From the NCBI GenBank assembly GCA_015680685.1, contig MNCI01002198.1, forward strand, positions 390,652 through 454,651: a DNA stretch of 64,000 nt, written 5' to 3'. The position numbers and the translations under genes were made by a program. A model generated the notes under the pieces. The model saw nothing but the letters and a program-made list of their open reading frames with translations. It was not told the origin of the DNA and did not search any database. Positions 59,931-64,000 of the stretch are shown in pieces (position 1 is the first letter of the stretch; each line of letters opens with the position of its first letter). The stretch is from Gnetum montanum (taxonomy: Eukaryota > Plantae > Gnetophyta).

Positions 59931-62900
59931 CCCCAATATTACAACCTATCGAAATTTAGGGATTTGGTATATCTAATGAAATTTTCAAAATTTTACATTA
60001 TAAATTAAGGACTTTAGATCGATGTAAAGGGTCTAGGGTAATGTTGATTAGATCGGAAGGCATAAAAAAGGTATAATGATGTAAATTCTGGTAGTAAAGT
60101 TCATGAAGAGTATGAGGAAATAAGACATGTATTGGTACATAGGAACATTTACCAGAAGGATAATGGTAAGGGAAAGAATATTGTAATATAGGAAAGATGT
60201 AATATGATGGGATGGTGATGTGTAACAAGTACAAATTACAAAAGTCACGCAAGTGGATCCTTCCCAAAGTAGGTTCCAACTTATAATGCCCTTGCATAAC
60301 CACACCTTAAAATGTCCATAAGCATTAGAAGGGTTAAAGGTAATCTACACCTATGCAAAAAAACGCACACATGCTAAATACCACCATGATGAGATATGAA
60401 TTCTATGCTACACAAGGCACAAGTCAAAAATACATGAACAACGAGATGAGGTGAATTGTAGAAGGGATTGCAGAGATTGTGACATGAGGTAACTAACTCA
60501 GGGCATAATGAATTAGTGTGTCATTTTCCCATCACTCCAAAATCAGGACTAAGTCCATTCCTTCAATTAATGAAATTGCATTGCTTCTTCCCATGATGGA
60601 CAACCATAAGAGCACTATGAAAGAAAGGCATATGATCACTTGGCATTTCATCCAAGGGAGGAGTGATTTTTGCTTTGCAGCACATATTTTTTTTTTGATG
60701 AAGTGTTGCTTAATCTAGAGAAGCTGCCTTCCTTTGGGCATGGGTGCATGTCTTTCTAGTGGAACCCCTAGAATAGCATTATTGTTTTTTCTGGTTAATT
60801 ACCTTTTGATTACTCTTACTCCCATTTTTTGTTATACCTACAAGGATCTTAGTACAACAAAGCTACATGATAACTCTTACAGATGCCACCAAAGAGAATC
60901 CACAAGTCCCCTTGATGTCATACCCTGGTCATTCCTTCTTGGTCCATCATTCTTCACTCTGAGCATAATGAGCATAAAATTACTTTAAGTTTTAATAGAC
61001 TGGAACATGATTGTGCCCAGGGTAGAACCTCTTATTAATGAAATGTGTAGGTGGATGTTGTGGGCTTGTTGTTCAAGTAATTAGTCACTTGAGACTTGAT
61101 AGCATAGAACAACACCTCAACCAATGAGCCACATGAGTGTTTTGTTCGTAGATGAGATTACTCATAAAAAGATAAAAAGACAAAACAATAAACTGAAAGA
61201 TGAAAAAATGGAAAACAAAAAATTGTAAAATTAAAGAAACGGAAAACATTTATTAATTTTGCTATTGTTAAAATGGGGGATACCCCCCATAACTAAATGG
61301 TTGAGTATGGCTAGAATTAATAAATGGAAGATTGGGATCCTTACATGTTGGAAATATTAGGACTCAATCATACTTACCCCATTGGGACACACTTGATTAT
61401 AGTTAGCATAGTGGGGCAATTTATAAGATGTAGTTAATTGATGAGTGGTTGATCCACTATGACACCCTTGACCATAAGATGGTATGCAAGGATCAATCTA
61501 TCTCCCTTGGTGGCCATATTCATTGGGCTGCATGGTTGTTGGAGTAGTGGTTGATGGCCTAGAGAAAGTAACATGAGGCATTGGGTTCGAGGAGGGAGCT
61601 GCACCACAGTGTTGGACTTGTGCTGAGTTGGAGGATGCAGTGGGCTTAGAATTGTGCTATCCCTTCTTACAGTCATGCCTAAAGAAGGGGTGTCTTCAAT
61701 GTTGAGGAGAGTTCCCACTATTGTTGTTAGCATAAGCACAAGTAATATTCATGGGTTGCTATTGTTGTGCAAACCCTTCTGGTATAGTTGATGGCGATGC
61801 AGAAGGAGGTGAAGGATGAGAATGTTGAAATTGAGGAGGAGTGTAAGGTACCCAAGGTGGTGGTTTTGTTGGCAAGGATATGGGTTGATAGTATTGAGGA
61901 GAATGATAATAATGTGGTAAGATAGAGTATGTTGAACTAGTTGGGAAATAGGATCCTAAACCTGATAAGCACTTGGACTTGGATGATATGAAGGGTATAA
62001 CTAGTTTGGGGATGGTCTCCCCCATGACTGGGATTGTTGCCACTGTGATTGAACATTATATTTTTGTATGAACTCTGGATGTAACTGTTGGCACATTTGG
62101 CCATTACATGGAGCAGTTGGAATATTTTGTTCAAAATATGAGCAAAATCCCTGGTTGTAAATTTGCAGTTTAGTATTGTGAGTAATGGGCATTCTTGGAG
62201 AAGAAAGCTTGGTAAATAATGTTGATGATTTAAGCCTTCTTGGAAAGTAAATTAAAGTACCAAGATATTTTCTTGAGTGAAGGTTGGAATAAAAAAGAGA
62301 AGGATTATTTACCACAAGAAAGCATACTACCTGATTAATATTGGCAAAATAAACAACACCGTGGGTAGTGGATTATCAAAAATCAGCTAAAGAGCCCAAC
62401 TGGTTTTGAATTCATAATTATCAAAGGGTGTGAAGGTTTCTGTATTGCAGAAAACCCAAATTCACGTATGACCTGAGACCCATCGTTAACGCTGCTGGGA
62501 AAAACAAAATCAGAAAAAAAAATGGAGCTGAATGCCACGGTATTGGGGTGTTTCCTTTGGCTTGCTGGTTCTAGACTGCATCCACGTACCAGTCAGAGCT
62601 ATGTTGCCGACTTGTTAGACGCCAAACCTAAGTTCGTGAAGCGCGTGGGAGGTCCTTCTTGCATCGATGAGCATTTTTAATAGGGGTTTCAGGTAGCAAT
62701 CGCGTGGAGAAAATTGGACAGAATTGAGGCCAATGGAGGGCAGAACGTAGGGATTAAACAACAAAGAAAATTTGAAACCCTCTATATACAATACATGGAG
62801 AAAGACGCCCCGTTTTGTTCGGGCCCCGATTCTATTTTTGTCGTAGGCCATAGCAGTTTCAGTTGCGCAGGTAGCAACAGCTCTAAAGGTTCCTACGGTT

Positions 62901-64000
62901 TCAGTGGCTGTAGATTCACAATACATTCATCCCTGGTCCTGTAATCAATGACAATGGCGGAGACAAACAAAAACAAGAAATGCAGGAAGCCCTAAACCAA
63001 TTTTGGGGGCAAAATAAAAAAATCTCTGGCAATCAAAACCCTCTGTTTGGGACAGTATGCTTAGCGCGCCGTTCTTTAAGAAAACCCTTCTTCTCCAGCA
63101 CGCAACGGCAGAGCCAGATGCAGTTGCAGAGCCTTTTCCTACGGTGATCGTCAGTTACGGTTTTGTAGGGCCTTATTGTGCGGTGGCAGTTCGAATCTAT
63201 GGTTTGGGATGATGCTGCATTTTGAATCTTGATTCAAACATGTGTCGGTTCCTATAGGTTTTGTGCAGAAATGAGAGAAAGACCGTTGTCCTGAAACTGT
63301 GATTGAGCCTCTACGTGATTTACAAAGAAGACAAGAAGAATCGTTTAAGGATGTAACTTTGCCGCTTTCACCAAGAATTATTTGATTACTTCTGCCACTC
63401 AAAGTATATGGTTAATATGGAGTATAAATTAACCAACAATATATATATATCCATCATATGAAGTACCCATTGTATGAAGCCTTGATTTAAAAACTTGCCT
63501 TCATTTATCCCAAGTCATGAAAAATTATTTTAAAACATATAAGTTACTACCCATAAAAATTTTTTTTGCAATATTGATTATCCCATTACATTTAATGTCA
63601 CATTACATTAATGTTAGCATAAAATTCTCCTAATTTTATGCATAACTTCCTAACTCCCTAACTACATAACTTTCTCCTAGCTTGTTGGGCAAGTAATCTT
63701 CTAATTGGTTAGTCAAGTTACTTGGGAGAAAAGTTAGGTGAGATATTTTGAGATTTTTTTTGAAATTGTAACTTCCCTACCTACCTTTGAACCCTATAAA
63801 AGGGCTTCAAGGAGAGAAAAGAGGGAAAGGGGAATCTCATTTTTTATAAGGACTTTTGGAGGGAATAATTGGGGTTTCATACATCATATTGGGACTTTTC
63901 ATAGTTTGGAAAGTTTCAAAGTTTCAAAAGATATTCTAGATTCTAAGACTGATTTTTCGTCAGAAGAAGAACGAAAGAAAGTTTCTGAATTGGGAACAAG

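Larger units (their letters stand above)
55695..64000 (-). mobile_element. Athila-like element on the minus strand: 3' LTR 55695-56383 (contains the N gap), PPT 56384-56392, accessory ORF and upstream internal region; right boundary not seen
   Basis: The LTR is the reverse complement of the neighbouring LTR family; PPT GTGGGGGTA; internal sequence colinear with 500-3359. Assignment beyond ~60000 is less sure. Confidence 0.7.

Overview
Repeat-rich, AT-rich land-plant nuclear DNA. It holds one intact host gene, a four-exon truncated (2/2, class 3) haemoglobin GLB3 at 6740-17778 (+; 165 aa), whose first intron is GC-AG and whose introns carry transposon insertions. The rest is mostly decayed retroelements: (i) Athila-like Ty3 pieces at 1-4285 and 54853-64000; (ii) two LINEs of different clades at about 18130-21360 (+) and 21380-27200 (-); (iii) SINE-like repeats; (iv) a SIRE-like Ty1 element whose 3' LTR is split by a complete 19.3-kb Tat-type Ty3 element (32476-51819, minus strand; 2.1-kb LTRs, tRNA-Asn PBS, aRH between RH and INT). 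The most unusual feature is inside this Tat element. About 6 kb separates gag-protease from RT, and this spacer holds an antisense, multi-intron gene (about 40286-45057, +) with its own TATA box. Its spliced frame reads as an FCP1/SCP (NIF/HAD) phosphatase-like domain lacking the catalytic Asp, then a plant-transposon (PMD/Transposase_32-like) domain, then a coiled coil. The cassette is bracketed by arrays of a covarying stem-loop motif that also follows integrase. All family assignments come from recognising motifs by eye; no database search was run. Several perfect inverted or direct duplications next to single Ns look like assembly artefacts.
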